Below are positions 1 to 13,000 of a stretch of DNA of 64,000 nt, piece by piece (positions within the stretch are counted from its first letter, which is position 1; each line of letters begins with the position of its first letter). Source of the stretch: Thecamonas trahens ATCC 50062 (Eukaryota > Protista > Apusomonadida); assembly GCF_000142905.1 (NCBI RefSeq), contig NW_013657630.1, positions 16,832 through 80,831 of the forward strand. Reading direction: 5' to 3'. The notes under the pieces are model-generated. The model saw only the letters and a program-made list of their open reading frames with translations, made no database searches and was not told the origin of the DNA. The translations under genes and the position numbers were made by a program.

Positions 1-3000
1 TGCCCGCGCCGTCGCCATAAGCGCCTGCGCCGCGCTAGCCACCTCGGCCGTCGCGCCCACAAGCGCCGCCTGCGACGACGGCAGCGAGAGTCCTGCCGCA
101 GCAGTCTCCACCGCATCCTGCAGCATACCGTACGCACCCTCTACCTTTTCGGCTGCACCCGCAAGCTCATCGGCCGCGTCCGACAGCGTCGCCGACGGCA
201 GTTTGGCCAGCGCCGCAGCAAGCGCCCGTGCCGCTCCCAGAACCGAGTCCGAGAGCCCGTCGAGTGACGGCGGCGCCGGCGGCAGGTTGGCGAGATCCAA
301 CTGCGCCGCACGCGCCGCAATGACCCGCTCAGTCCGTAGGCAGTCGCCCACGCCAGGAAGCGCTTCAGTCAGCGTGTCGACATCGGCCTTCAGCTGCGCG
401 TTGGCCGCCTTGAGCGCCGCCGCCGCGCTCGGGTCCGAGCTCGCCTTTCGCACGCCGGCAAGCAGCAGCCCGAGACTCTTGAGCACCGCCGCCGTCGCGT
501 CGAGATTGGCACCCTGCGCATCCGCTGCAGCCTCGCCCTGAGCCAGCGCCGCAAGGTTGACTGCCGCCCCGGCGAGCATCGACGCATTCGAGGCCGCATC
601 CTTGGCCGCCGCGCCCACATCTTCCGGCGCGAGGTTCGCGTGTGCGTGCACAATGTTGTCACCAGTCTCGGCAAGCGCCTGCATCGCGTACTGCAGCTCG
701 GACGACGCCGAGTCGACCGTGATGAACTCCGACTCGGGCGCAAGCTCCCCGCTCGCAGCCTTGCTCTTGGCGCCAACCACCTCGCTGCGCTCGGCCTTAA
801 TCTTGGCCAGCGCCGCGTCGACCTCGAGGTCCCAGCACGCCTCGCGCGCAGCCTTGTACGCCGCCACCAGCGCCGAATGCGCCTGTCCGGCGTGGCGCGC
901 TGCGCCAGCCACCGCCTCCTCGTCCGTCGGGTCCTCAAACGCTGGCGCCGCGCCCTTGGCAGAGAGCACCGCCCGCGATGTCGGTGGTGCGGCCTTCTTG
1001 GCCGCCGCCAGCAGGTCTTTCTGGTTCTCGAGGCTCGTCGGCTCGATCGAGAACTTGATCGCCGCCGCGTCGAGCGCTGCGTTGGGCGCCGCGGCCTTTT
1101 CGGCGTCGCGCCGCGCCCGGCCCTCGGCCGACGAGTTGGACGACTCGCCAGCGACATCGACTGCGTCGACCATCGCCGCCGTCGCCGCTGCCGACGACTT
1201 GGCCGCCCGCGAGAGGTTGAAGAGCGTGCGCTTGCGAGCACGCGCCCCCGAGATCGCCGCAGCGTGCTCGGCGAGACCGTTGGCCGCAGCACGAAGCGCG
1301 TCGTTGGCCTCCTTGGACTCGGGTGACTTTTTGACCTCGCGCGCCGCCTGGTTGAGGCTTGCCAGCGCTGCCCGGAGTGCCTCGTTGTCGGCTACGAGCG
1401 GATCCTTAAAGCCGGCAAAAGTCTCGGCCTCAGCCTCGGCCTCGGCCAGGTCGGCGAGCGCCACGCCGGCCGTTGCCGCGGCCTTGGCACCTCCGAGTGC
1501 CTGCTTGGACGATGCAGCGTTGACGACAAGGACCACCGCAGCGTCAAGCTCGGACGCCGCCCGCACAATGGCCTCGGTCCGGTCGATGTTGTCCGAGACG
1601 GTGTCGATCGAGCCGGCAAGGTCCTTGATGGCCAGCGCCACCGCCTCGGCCGCCGCCTTCAGGTTGCCGAGCCCGAGCTCGTCGAGCCCAGCCATGTCGG
1701 CTAGCGTGAGCAGCTGGTTGAGCGAGGTCTTGAGACCGAGCGCACGGTCCTTGAGCTTGCCCTGGTTCTGCGGGTCGAGCACTGTCGCGCCCGAAGCCGC
1801 AATCGCGCCGTGCATGGCGGCAGCGTCGGCGTCGAGCTTGACGCGCGCTGACACGAGCTTCTCCTTCTCAGCCGAGTCAACCTCGGCCGACGACTCGAGC
1901 GCGCTGTCAAACGGCGCCGCCAGCTCGTCAAGCGCGGTCCGGACCGCAGACGCCGCATCGAGAAGTGAGTCAAGTGAGAGTGGATTGGCGTCCGGCACGC
2001 CGCCGGCGCCGAGCAGGCCGTTGAACGCGACGCCCAGATCCTGGGCCGCTGAGAGCAGCGAGTCGAGGTCCAGGCCGCCTGCGCCCGGCGCGTCGTCGAG
2101 CGAGAGCGTCGCGAGGTTGAGCATCGACGAGAGCTGAGCCGAGACCTGGGCCGACGCCTCGAGCAGGCCGTCGTTGTCTTCGTTCGACGCCTCCATCAGC
2201 CGCGCCGCGTTGCGCACCGCGTCGTTGAGCTCGTCGTTGAGCTGGACCAGCCGCTGCGCCGATACCGTGAGGTCGGTCTTGGAGGCCGAGCCCGGCCCGG
2301 CGCCTGCAGCCAGCGCCGAGTCGAGCGCGAGGGCAGTCTCAGTCGAGAGGTCGCCGAGGATGTCGGCGAGCATGTCGCGCGCGTTCTGCAGGTTCGTCGC
2401 CTTGAGCTCGTCCGGCAGCGCGTCGAGATCCATCTCGCTGCCACCCGAGGTGTCGGCCGACATGGCCGACGCGCCCACATTGGACGAGGAGAGGACCTGA
2501 GCGCAGCGGCGGAGCTCGGCGTCGAGGTCAGTCACCGTCGAAATGGAGAGCCTGCGCTGGTCGCTTGCGCCGTCGAGACCCGACATGCCCGGACGCGGGT
2601 GGCGCGACGCCCCGGCGCGGCGACCGACGACGACGTCATGGTCCGCCGCGGATTGGAGAGCCGCGCCACGCCCGACGCCCGCGCCGGCGTGATCATCTCC
2701 TCCTCGATAGCGCGCTGCTCGTCTTCCTCGAGGTCGCGCGCGCGGTCGCGCCGCTGCGAGAGAATGATGTCGATGTAGCCGGCAATGAGCGCCGAAATGG
2801 CATCGCCCTCGTCCGTCAGCACCGTGTAGTACTCGTTCTTGTGGTCACCGTAGTCGAGCGTGATCGACGACTTGGACGGCGCCCACCGGCGGAGCTGGGT
2901 GAGCGCAAACGGCTCCTCGCGCGGGATCTTGCTGATCGGGTCGAGCCGGAACAGGTGCGACTTGGAAATGCCGAGGAGGACCGGCTCAAACTTCTTGGTC

Positions 3001-4281
3001 ACCTTGCCCTTTTTGTCGAGCTTGGGCTCCTGCGCGTGGAAGACCGTGACGCCAAACGTCTCGAGCGACCGCGCGAGCTGGATGAATCGGAACTTGGCGT
3101 CGTGGCCCGACATCCGCAGCAGCTTCTTGTGCTCGGCAAAGACAAGCCGGTCGATCCGCTTGACCTTGCGGAACTCCTTCGGCAGGTACGAGATGACCGA
3201 CGTGGTCTTCTTGTTGTGCCGTGACGGGTCGTGGTCGCCAAGAATGATCTGGCACATGAGCGCGGCAAACATAACCGCCTCGTCCTGCCGCACTACAAGC
3301 CGCCCGTTGACAATGTCATCGCGGAGCTGCTCGTACAGCAGGTTGAGTGTCTGCGGGTCCGACGTGTCCACGTCGGCGTCAAAGAAGAAGAACTTCTTCT
3401 TGAGAAGCACCGCAGACGTGTCCGGCACGGCTTGCTCGTGGAGCGTTGCGTTGCCGCGAAGCCACTCGTCATCGCCGGCCGCCTTGGCCGCCTTCTCGCG
3501 CGCCTTGCGCGTCTCCTCGTCGGCCTCCTCGTCAAAGAGCTGCAGCGAGAACTCTTCGGGCTTGGAAATGCCCTGCCGCGCGCAGATGGTCTCCACAATC
3601 TGCGACACAACGTGCGAGTCGTCGATCATGACCACCTTGCGCGAGCCGTCCATGAGGTACACCCGCAGCGGCCGGTTGCGCGACTTGTACACCACCTCGT
3701 CGAGGTTGTGAATGTCGTAGTACCGCAGCGTCTTGGTCGGGTCCAGCCAGTAGCACTTGGTCAGATCGTGGCCCGAGAGAAAGTACATGCCCTTGTCTGG
3801 CGAGTGCTCGAGGCCAAAGTTCGCCGCAATCGCCACGCAAGCGTCGTGCACGTACGTCGTCTGCAGCCGACCAGCAAAGGCGACAGAAATCCAGACAACA
3901 AGTAGTAAGTACTCCTTACACATACCCACACCCACCACCACATACCCACCGTCTCCCACCCATACCCCTCCCCTCCGTCCTCCTCCTCCCGCATGTTCGC
4001 CCGCAATGAAAATTGGTCCAGAAACGGCTGCGGGCAAACTCGATTGCTGCCGCAAGTTCAACAACCTCCCCCCCCACCCCCGTCCCCCTCTGCTCCAACC
4101 CCCTCCTACGTACATTATCAAACTTCATAGACTTTGTCCGCGAGTTAATGGCCTTGGTCTTGGGGTCAGTAAACTCGACTGTGATCTTGATGGTCAGCGA
4201 GGCGCCCGACGTCGCCACAGGGTCGACCTCTTGGAACAGCGAAGCCTGGAGGTTGAGCCCAGCGCCGAACGAGGTAGACAT
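1..4281 (-). CDS. TLN: Talin (FERM F0-F3 head plus start of the helical rod); 3' end runs off the window
   Basis: Exon 1 is 4281-4114 (MSTSF...KSMKFDN), followed by intron 4113-3861 (GTACGT...CAG). Exon 2 (TTYVHDAC...RPLRVYLMDGSRKVVMIDDS...LLKKKFFFFD...YEQLRDDIVNG...LETFGVT...RRWAPSKSSITLDYGD...EGDAISALIAGYIDIIL) matches the talin head. An Ala/Leu-rich rod continues in another frame from about 2590 to position 1; one extra G in the run at 2610-2613 joins the frames. Confidence 0.95.
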
Positions 4282-4556
4282 GGTCGTTGAGGAGGATTGG
4301 AGACGGGTGTACCAATCGCTAGTTGGCAGAGCCAGCTGGTGTGTTGGGGGGTGGGGAGGGCAAGATGGGGCGTGGGGCGTACGACGTGGGGCGAGGGCCT
4401 TGGTGAGGGGCGGGGCGCGAGGAGCGCACAGGGGGGGAAAGAGACAGGGCGAACCTGGCCCTTGGCCGGCTGTGCATGCACCGCAATGTGGCGGTGTCTG
4501 TTTTGGCTTGCGAATGGTTTTGTGGGTGGTGAGGGATGGGGGGGGGGGGGGGGGCC

Positions 4557-4813
4557 NNNNNNNNNNNNNNNNNNNNNNNNNNNNNNNNNNNNNNNNNNNN
4601 NNNNNNNNNNNNNNNNNNNNNNNNNNNNNNNNNNNNNNNNNNNNNNNNNNNNNNNNNNNNNNNNNNNNNNNNNNNNNNNNNNNNNNNNNNNNNNNNNNNN
4701 NNNNNNNNNNNNNNNNNNNNNNNNNNNNNNNNNNNNNNNNNNNNNNNNNNNNNNNNNNNNNNNNNNNNNNNNNNNNNNNNNNNNNNNNNNNNNNNNNNNN
4801 NNNNNNNNNNNNN
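4557..4813. other. Assembly gap (N run); other gaps at 30459-30863, 39674-39773 and 53652-53751
   Basis: N runs, mostly flanked by poly-G/poly-C tracts or tandem repeats. Confidence 1.
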
Positions 4814-4930
4814 CCAGCCAGTCACCCGCCCCACCCCCCTCCCCGACTCGACGACAGCTACCTCCCGTTCCTCGTCTACCTTCCCCTCGCCACTTCACCA
4901 CACACAGGCTACACAGCAGCAACGTTGAGC

Positions 4931-5224
4931 ATGGACGACGGCGGAGCAGCAGCAGACCTTGCAGTCGAGCACAATGCACACGTGCGGCTGCAGAACGTGC
5001 TCGCTGGCTCCGAGGTAGCCCGCGGACCGCGGCGAGGCGGAGGTGGCGGCCGAGGGCTGCGAAGCAGCGGCTTCCTTGGCGGAGGAGGGCGCGATGGCGT
5101 ACATGAGGGATGGACGGCACGGTTCTGGGCGTTCTTCACCCAGCGATCGTGTGTGGTGGCGCTGATTGCCGCCTCGTTTGTCGCCGTCTACTTTCTCCTT
5201 GCGCTCCGCAACCAGCCGGTGTGA
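4931..5224 (+). CDS. Small hypothetical protein with a C-terminal transmembrane helix
   Basis: ATG at 4931, 97 aa. Gly-rich N-terminus and a hydrophobic segment CVVALIAASFVAVYFLLAL near the C-terminus, as in tail-anchored proteins. Confidence 0.55.
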   Translation: MDDGGAAADLAVEHNAHVRLQNVLAGSEVARGPRRGGGGGRGLRSSGFLGGGGRDGVHEGWTARFWAFFTQRSCVVALIAASFVAVYFLLALRNQPV

Positions 5225-5257
5225 CAACTCACATGGCCTGGCCTGCCCTGGCCGCCG

Positions 5258-5418
5258 CTACGCTCGGATTGTGTTCACTGCGCCCGCATGCGAGCGCTGG
5301 GCGGTGTCGATGCAGTCGCCGACCCAGTCAGCGACGCACGACGAGCCGTGGATGCCGGCGACGGTGTAGCCGATCTTTCGGCAGCGGAAGTCATTCTGGC
5401 CCTGCCATCGCGAGACCG

Positions 5419-5452
<34 letters not shown>

Positions 5453-6145
5453 CGACTCGATCGACTCCGAGTCCGAGTCCGAGATCGAGTCCGAGGATAG
5501 CGCAGAGGCAGAGGCAGTCGAGGCGGCGTGTGTTGCGTCGCCGGAGAGTGTGCCGTCGGTAGGCGCGAGAGCGATGCGAGGCTCGTGCGGCTCGCCAGGC
5601 GCAACTACAACGACAGCAGGAACTGCCAGAGCATCAAGCGGCTTACTGGACGTCGGCGGGCCAACGGTGTTGGCAAAAAGTCGCCCAAAGAGCCGGCAGC
5701 GAGGCATGGTGCATGCTGGGCGCAGGCGCACAGCCGAGCCCGGCTCGGCTCGCGGCTGTGTTCCAAACAGTTTGGCAGCGTTCCGAGCCCAATCCGGGCA
5801 AGCCGGCGGCTCACGACACGAGTCGATATGGATGGACATAGGCGCAGCTATATCCTTGAGCACATCGGAGAGGTCGAGCTCGGGGATTGTGGGCCGAATG
5901 CTTAATGGCTTGGGCGAGGTGGCCGTGATGATAGCTCCGGGAAGGAGCGGACTCGTGGCCGGCGAATGAATGGCGAGTGACAGTTCGGCAGAAGTGGCGG
6001 GAGAATGGAATGTGTCCACCACCCCGCTACTCATCGAGGGCATAGTGTTCTTAGAATTGGGGAAGGAGCTCTTCTGGCTCTCAAGGTACTCGTACTCTGG
6101 CTGCTTATCCACCTGTCGGGTCGTGTCCCGTGCGCTTAGCGGCAT
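5258..6145 (-). CDS. Hypothetical Ser/Pro/Asp-rich protein
   Basis: 295-aa ORF with no recognisable domain; start uncertain. Confidence 0.35.
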
Positions 6146-6592
6146 CGTAGACGTTGGTAATGAGGTTGGAAGTGCTGATGAATGCGGCTCGGCTCATGGA
6201 ACAGAAAGTTGAGTGTGCCTCGCTCCGCTCTCTCCTACCGCCCAACGCCCATCGCTCCTTTTTTACCTCTCGCCGGTTGTTCTTTCACGAACCATACAGA
6301 CACCACTCCACACCCCATACCTACCCATCCCCGCAACTCGACTCTCCATCGCCTTGCGATCCATGGCATACACACGACATCTCCGCGGATGATCGGCTCG
6401 CTCCATGCCAACAACCTTACCCCGCCCGACAACCTCGATAGCTGTGACCCCTCCTGGCCGGGCCGGTTGTTGCAGGCTGTGGTTTGCAGACCAGAGACCG
6501 GAGAGCGCTGTTGTCTTCATTATCGATCGGCGACGCCCACGGTCCCACCAATCCCATCCACATCCGAGTCATCCCATCTCGTTCACTCGTCC

Positions 6593-7464
6593 TCAGCGAC
6601 GACGCTTGGACTTGGAAGAGTGCGACCGGCGAGTCTTGCGCGCAGCCTCGTCTTCGTACTGATGCAGACGCCGCTGCAGGCGCTCGACCTGCAGCTTGAG
6701 CTTGACCACCTCCTTGATGATCGACTGCGACACCTCTATCCTCGTCCACCATCACACACACACACACGCCACACGCCACACACACATGAGTCGCCTCCTC
6801 TCGCCCAGTCCACATCTCCCCATCAACTCCCACCACACCATCGCCCCGCATCGCAGCTCACGCCGCGCAACCACCGGTCATCCATGAATGCCATTAGCTG
6901 CAACGGTTGCGACCGTAACGACGGCTGCAACGGCTACGACGGCTACACCGGTTGCCATGACTGCCGTCGACACGCCCGAGTGTCTCTCCCCCCCTCCCCC
7001 CCCCTCCCCCCTTCTTCTTCCCAAATCCTAATTTTCAACCGACAGACGTACCTCCGATCTCCTCGCGCGGGAGCGGCGGCGGCGGGCCGTATCCCGGCTG
7101 AGGAGGCGCTACCCAAGCCAATTGACAGCCACCCACAAGCCCACAAGGTAAGTACAGTACATGCTCCGCCTCTACATATCGCCAGAGCTGCTTCTATCTT
7201 CCTCATGCTCCCCAACTACCCAGCCATGCCCACGCACCGTCCCCACCCCCCCCCCCCCCCCCTCCGCCGCACTCGAATCGTACCGTAACCGCCAGCCGGC
7301 GCACCATAGCCATAGCTCGGGGCGTAGCCACGCGGCGGGTAGCCCGGCGGGCCGTAGCCCGGAGCGGGAGGTCCCGGAGCAGGGCCGCCATAGCCGCCAC
7401 CATACCCACCGCCGTATCCGCCAGCGTCGTAGCCGTAGCGTCCACCGTAGCCGTAGTCACTCAT
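6593..7464 (-). CDS. Three-exon Gly/Tyr/Pro-rich protein with a C-terminal coiled coil and basic tail (126 aa)
   Basis: Exons 7464-7284, 7108-7052 and 6735-6593. Donors GTACGA and GTACGT, acceptors TAG, and the phases join in frame: MSDYGYGG...GGYAPPQPGYGPPPPLPREEIGEVSQSIIKEVVKLKLQVERLQRRLHQYEDEAARKTRRSHSSKSKRRR. Confidence 0.75.
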
Positions 7465-7937
7465 GGTCGTCGCGAGTTAGGTGTCTCTCCTCGCCCTGCC
7501 CTCGCCGTTTGTCCGCCAGCACCTCACCATGCCGAGTGCTCATCCGACCCAACTTGCCGGCTCAACCGTCTCGGCCTCACGCTATGGGGCCGATCACAGA
7601 GAACACACGAGTGGTATAGCTATGGTGCAGTCCGATGAGGTGTCTCTCCTAACCGCCTCTCATACCACAGCCCATCATGGCCACACACCATCACGACCAA
7701 CATCTACCCATGGAGACAGGAGCTGGCATGATGTCACCCAGAACAAAGCCAACAGCCCCAGTTACGCCCACCATCCAACGTCCAAAGGTCGACCCTACGC
7801 AAGATCATCCGCCTGTAGCTTGTCGTCCATGCCTTCCGAGTCAGCAACCGAGTCAACAACCGAGTCGCCCTGCTTATGCACACGCTCAGCTCTCGGCACA
7901 GCTCTCGGCACACTGCTCTCTCTCTCTCTCTCCCATC

Positions 7938-9846
7938 ATGTATCGCCACAAGCTGATGAAGGAAGTCAGACGACGACCACGGGTGTATGCAGCTGTGGCA
8001 AGTGCAGTCATGGTGATGTTCCTGTTCATGGTATGTGCTACGCACTCTCCCATACCCCTCCTCCTCCGCCCCCCCCTCCCCCTCCGCCAACCAACCACCC
8101 CGTACTCATCACAGTCACCAGGCATCATTCCGATCACACTCTCCTTACGCTGTCGAGCACGTCGGTACTCCGGGCTCGGCCAATTACGCAGTCTGGGTCA
8201 CAGACGCAGCATCGGGCAAGAGAATCTCGGCATGGCACGATGTGTGGCTCATCCCCTCGGTAGCCACCGCATCGTCGCACGTGGTCAACTTTGTCAATGA
8301 GATTCCCAGAGCCACTCGCGCAAAGTATGAGACACAGACAACGGTTGCTGGCAATCCCATTGTTCAAGATCGGAACGACGGCGGCGAGCTGCGGTCGTAC
8401 ACCTACGGCGAAACGTTCTTCAACTACGGCGGCATACCGCAGACGTGGGAAGATCCCAATGTGATGGATGTCGAGTCGGGGGCCGGCGGTGACGGCGATC
8501 CGCTTGACGTCATCGAGCTCGGCGCCTCACCCCTGCGGGTCGGTGCTGTTACGCCGATCAAGGTCCTTGGCGCCTTGCCCATGCTCGACCAGGACGAGAT
8601 CGACTGGAAGGTCATTGCCGTTGCCGTGGACGACCCGGCCGCGAGCCGCTGGCACTCGATCAATGACGTCGAGCCACGACTCATGGCCGGCATCACGGAC
8701 TGGCTGGTCAACTACAAGACAACCGATGGCAAGCCGAAGAACGTGCTAGGCGCTCCGATTTCTTCCGCGGAGGCCATGGCGCTCATCCACGACTGCCACG
8801 CCCAGTGGCGCGCTCTCCGCCGAGGCCATGCCCCGCCGGGCAAGCTCTGGACTGGTGTTCCGTCGTCTGCTGCTCGTGTCCCCTACGCTACTATTCTCGC
8901 CGCCGCTGTTCACGCCGCCGAGTCGGCCGGTGATGTCATCGCTGCCGTCCACACTTCCAAGGCTCTTGCCACCGTCACCAAGGGCACCACTGATGAGGGC
9001 GTCGTCGATCCACTCACTCTCGCCGACCTCGCTTCACACACTATCATCACTTCGACCCTCGCCGACCTCTGGCCGGCCCTCGTCGTCGTCTCTGAGGAGG
9101 ACGACCCCGATCCGGACGCCGCAGCCGCCGTCGCCGACCTTCTTGCGGCTGCCACGCCGCGTCCGCTCGACCTGCATCTATTCGACGACCACGATCCGGG
9201 GTTTCTCCACGCTGCGCCGCTCGACCGCCTCACGGTCTGGGTTGATCCGCTCGACGCGACCAAAGAGTTCACCGAGGACCTCCTCGAGTACGTTACCGTC
9301 ATGGTCACCGTTGCTGACGCCGGCCGCCCTGTCGCCGCCTGCATCCACCAGGTCTTTGCCGACTCGGCCGCGCCCGACCAACCGCATGTCACCTCGGCCG
9401 CCTCGCGCGCCTCGCGCACCGTCTGGGCTCTTTCCGGTGCCGCCACGCCCGGCGGCCATGCCGAGTCGGTCCTCTCGCCGCAGCCGCGGGTCATCGTCTC
9501 GCGCTCGCACCCTGGCCAGCTCACCGAACCTCTCGACGCGCTCCACGCCTCCAAGATTGCCGCCGGCGGTTCCGGCTTCAAGGCCCTCGCCGTATGGGAC
9601 GGCCATGCCGACATCTACCTCCACCGCACCGCCATCAAGCTCTGGGACATTGCCGCGCCCGATGCTCTCTTTACCCTCAATGACGGCACCTTTATCGGAT
9701 GGTCCGGCGCCCGCTTTGACTACAGCGAGCCCGACGCGTACCTCACTCACAACGGTGTCTTGGCCTCGTTTGCCCCCACCAAGCGCCTCCTTGCCGCTCT
9801 CGATGGCATTGAGCCCGGCAGTGCCAAGTCCCACCCCAAGTCCTGA
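7938..9846 (+). CDS. Type II membrane fusion protein: family I inorganic pyrophosphatase plus Golgi-type PAP 3'-phosphatase (IMPAD1/BPNT2-like, inositol monophosphatase fold)
   Basis: Exon 1 (7938-8030) has a basic tail and the TM segment VYAAVASAVMVMFLFM; intron 8031-8121 (GTATGT...CAG). PPase motifs: SAWHD, EIPRATRAKYE, NYGGIPQTWEDP, GDGDPLDV, LDQDEIDWKVI, YKTTDGKP. IMPase-fold motifs: SEED, WVDPLDATKEFTEDL..YVTVMV, VSRSH, AGGSGFK, IKLWD. Confidence 0.9.
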
Positions 9847-10057
9847 TCAAATCTCCTTCTCTGTCGTTATCAGCAGTATCAAACAAGCTGGCACTAGCTC
9901 ATCAGCCAGTTTGCCGTTGTCAGCGAGGTGACGTACTCTGAACGGCCCATGCCGCCCGAGTGACACCGCCAGCCACACGTTTCCCGCACAACCGCCACGT
10001 GAGTGGCATTCAGCTACAACCGTCACCACGCCACGCCACCCGTCACAGCCACCACCC

Positions 10058-13000
10058 ATGCCCGACTGGTGGGAGGAGCGACTCAAGCAGCGTAGGGGAT
10101 CCAAACAGACTCGAGGCAGTCGGCCTGCCCACGGCTCTGGTCGGCCTGGCTCACCCTCGCCTGGTGCCACACCCGCACCCGCCAGCTCTCCCTCGCCCTC
10201 GCCCCACCGCTCTGCCCGCCGCCGTCGTTCCATACTTGTTCCGGCCACCCCGGCCCGGAAGCGCTCATTTGCTGCGGGTGCTGCTTCATTGGCGGCGGCG
10301 GCTACCGCTGCGAGATCGTCTTCAAGATCAGTGCGCAAGTCGCGCTCACGCCATGCCTCCGCCTCCTCCTCGTCGTCATCGTCGTCATCGTCGTCATCGA
10401 CGTCAAACTCAGACTCGGCATGCTCGCGCCACGACTCGGACTCTACCCCAGCTTCCGACTCCAACTCGACGTGGTCGTCGTCGGCTGCATCAACTCGCTG
10501 CAACTCGCGCTCGCTCGACAAGTACAAGCTGAAGAAGACGCGATTCTCCAAGGCCAAGGCCAAGGCCAAGGCCAAGTCCAAGTCCAAGGCCAAGGCCAAG
10601 TCCAAGGTCCCCAAGCCGCCGGATCAGGGCGGGGCGTCTGACGACACTCCGTCATCAGTCTCGCTCGACGCCGACATCTCCGATCCAGACTTTCTCTACT
10701 CGTCCAACTCGTCCGGCCTTGCGGTCGGCCTCCCGCCGCTCTCCGACTCGGAGTGGGCGTCGCGGACGCAGGAGATCGAAGAGTTCCGCGCACGTATGCG
10801 CGCCGCCAAAGCCGGGGCTAAGGTTTCTGAACTCGGCGAGACCAACATCACCATCCTTGCCGGCTGGTCCTCGGTCAACGGCCTACTCTCGAAAAGTGTC
10901 TCGTTCGGCGAGGCCATGCTCGAGGCCGCAGAAGCTGCCCGCCGCGCCCGCGCTGCCTGGCTGGCCTCGCTCGAGGAGCTGGCCCAGGAAGCAACCGGCC
11001 CTCTCTCGGCCGTGCTCGGTGACCTTGGTGCTGGCCTCGCCACCGCTGTCGACAAGTACATGCATCTCGATGTGAAGACCAACAAGCGGCTGCGCGCCCT
11101 CGAGGAGCACTTTTTGGCGCCGCTGGCAGAGACTCACGCGGCCTCGGTCTCGGTCTTTGCCTCGTGGAATGAGTCGTACATCACAAACGACACTGCCCAC
11201 CTCGACGAGGTGCTCGAGCGCAAGGCGCTCGTCGATGAGGCGGCGGCCATCACCCGCGAGCAAGGCAACGCCTCGTTCCTTATATCCGGCCGAGACTTTG
11301 CGCTCAAGCAAGTCCGCCAGTTTCACGCCACTGCCAACTCGTGGCGTGACTTTCGCGTCGAAGCGTCGCGCGGCATGAACCTTGCCCTCCGCTCCATCTT
11401 CTCTGACTCGCTCGGCCTCCTCGCCTTTGCCGACAAGATCGCCGTCGCCGAAGCCTCGTCGCTCATCTCCAAGCTGAAGCCGCTCTCGCCGACCCTCCTT
11501 CGTCTCAAGCTCCTTTCTCCCACCCTCCCTGCCAAGACCCGTGCACTGCTTGACGCCACAGCCGCCGCCTCGGTCACCGTTGACGCCGTCCCGGAATCGG
11601 CGCTTTGGTCCGCCGACGCGCTCGCCGAGCGCCTCGAGGCCGCCGCTGCCGCCACAGCTCTCGCTGCGCCGCCCACCGCCCACTTTTTGCCCACCTTTCA
11701 CTCAGATGACGGAAGCGCCACCTCGGACATCCCGCAGCTCTCTGTCTTGGTCTCGTCGTCTGATCTCGCGCCGCCGCGTCCCTCGCCGCTCAACCGGACC
11801 TTCCACGGCATTCGCCGCGAGAACTCACTTCCGGACGCATCCGGCTTCAATGGCTCGAGCGCCTCGCTCGCCTTTAGCCGCGAAGACTCGATGGCCTCGG
11901 TGTCGCGACAGGGCTCGGGCATGTTTGCGCGTGGCTCGCCGTCACCCAAGGACTCGATCCTGCGCCGGGCGCTCGGCGGCGCGCACGCGCTCAAGCTCCA
12001 GGCAACTGCCACGTCGCTGGCGTCGTCGACCATTGCAAATCTCCGCTCGGCGTCGCGGGCGCGGCTCCTTGGCCGCTCCGACTCGAACGCCTCCATCATC
12101 ATTCAGCGTGAGTTCCAGGCCCATGTCCGCTCGCGTGCTGCGATGTTTTGCAGCGCTTCTTCCGTCGCTGGCGAACGCTACAAACCTTCCGCGCCGTCGT
12201 CGAGCGCGTTGTGCAACGTGCACGCGGCATGATCACGCTCCCGGCAGCGCTGCCGTACTGGCACGACCCGTACGACCACTCCAACTGCTCGGTCACCTTC
12301 AACGGCCTCGAGCTCGAGCTCCTCATCCGCAAGCTCACCCAGCCATTTGCCACTCACACCGAGCTCCTGCATGTCTTCCTCACCACCCACACTCTCTTTG
12401 TGGCGCCCGACAAGCTCTTTGACCTCCTCGTCCTCCGCTTTACATCTCAGCCAAAGAACCTGACCGCCGCCGCCCTCGCCTCGTTCAAGGCCCACACCCG
12501 CGACGCCCTTCAGACTGCCGTCCTCCACTTTATCGATGCCTGGGTCCACTTTTCGTCGAGCCACCTCCTCACCACGCGAACTGGCCCCGTCATCTGCGAC
12601 TGGTTGGGTGGCATTTCTCCATCGAGCGAGGTCGCGCCCGAGGTCGCTGCCATCGCCTCGGACCTCGCTGCCAAGCTCACCAAAGTGCCCAAACGCCCGC
12701 CTCTGTCGCTGGCGACCGCCAACTCGAGCACTCGGCGTCAGTTGCGCGGCTCACCAACTTTCCCGACTCGATTCTCCTAACGAGCAAGCCGATCTCGGTA
12801 CTCGACGTCGAGCGGGTCCATGCACTCGAGCTCGCCCGCCAGCTATGCCTCCTTGACTGGGCGCCCCTCGCACGGCTCCAGCCGCGTGAGCTCCTTGCAC
12901 AGGGCTGGTCCAAGGCCAGCGCGGCGAGCAACTCGCCCAACGTCCTTGCTCTCATCGAGCGATTCAATCTTGTGTCCGAGTGGGCGGCGACGGAGATACT

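Noticed and set aside
557-2137. Long Ala/Ser-rich + strand ORFs (also 25499-28543, 46596-48377, 51503-53506 and others)
   Set aside because: These are antisense shadows of real genes, caused by high GC3 codon bias.
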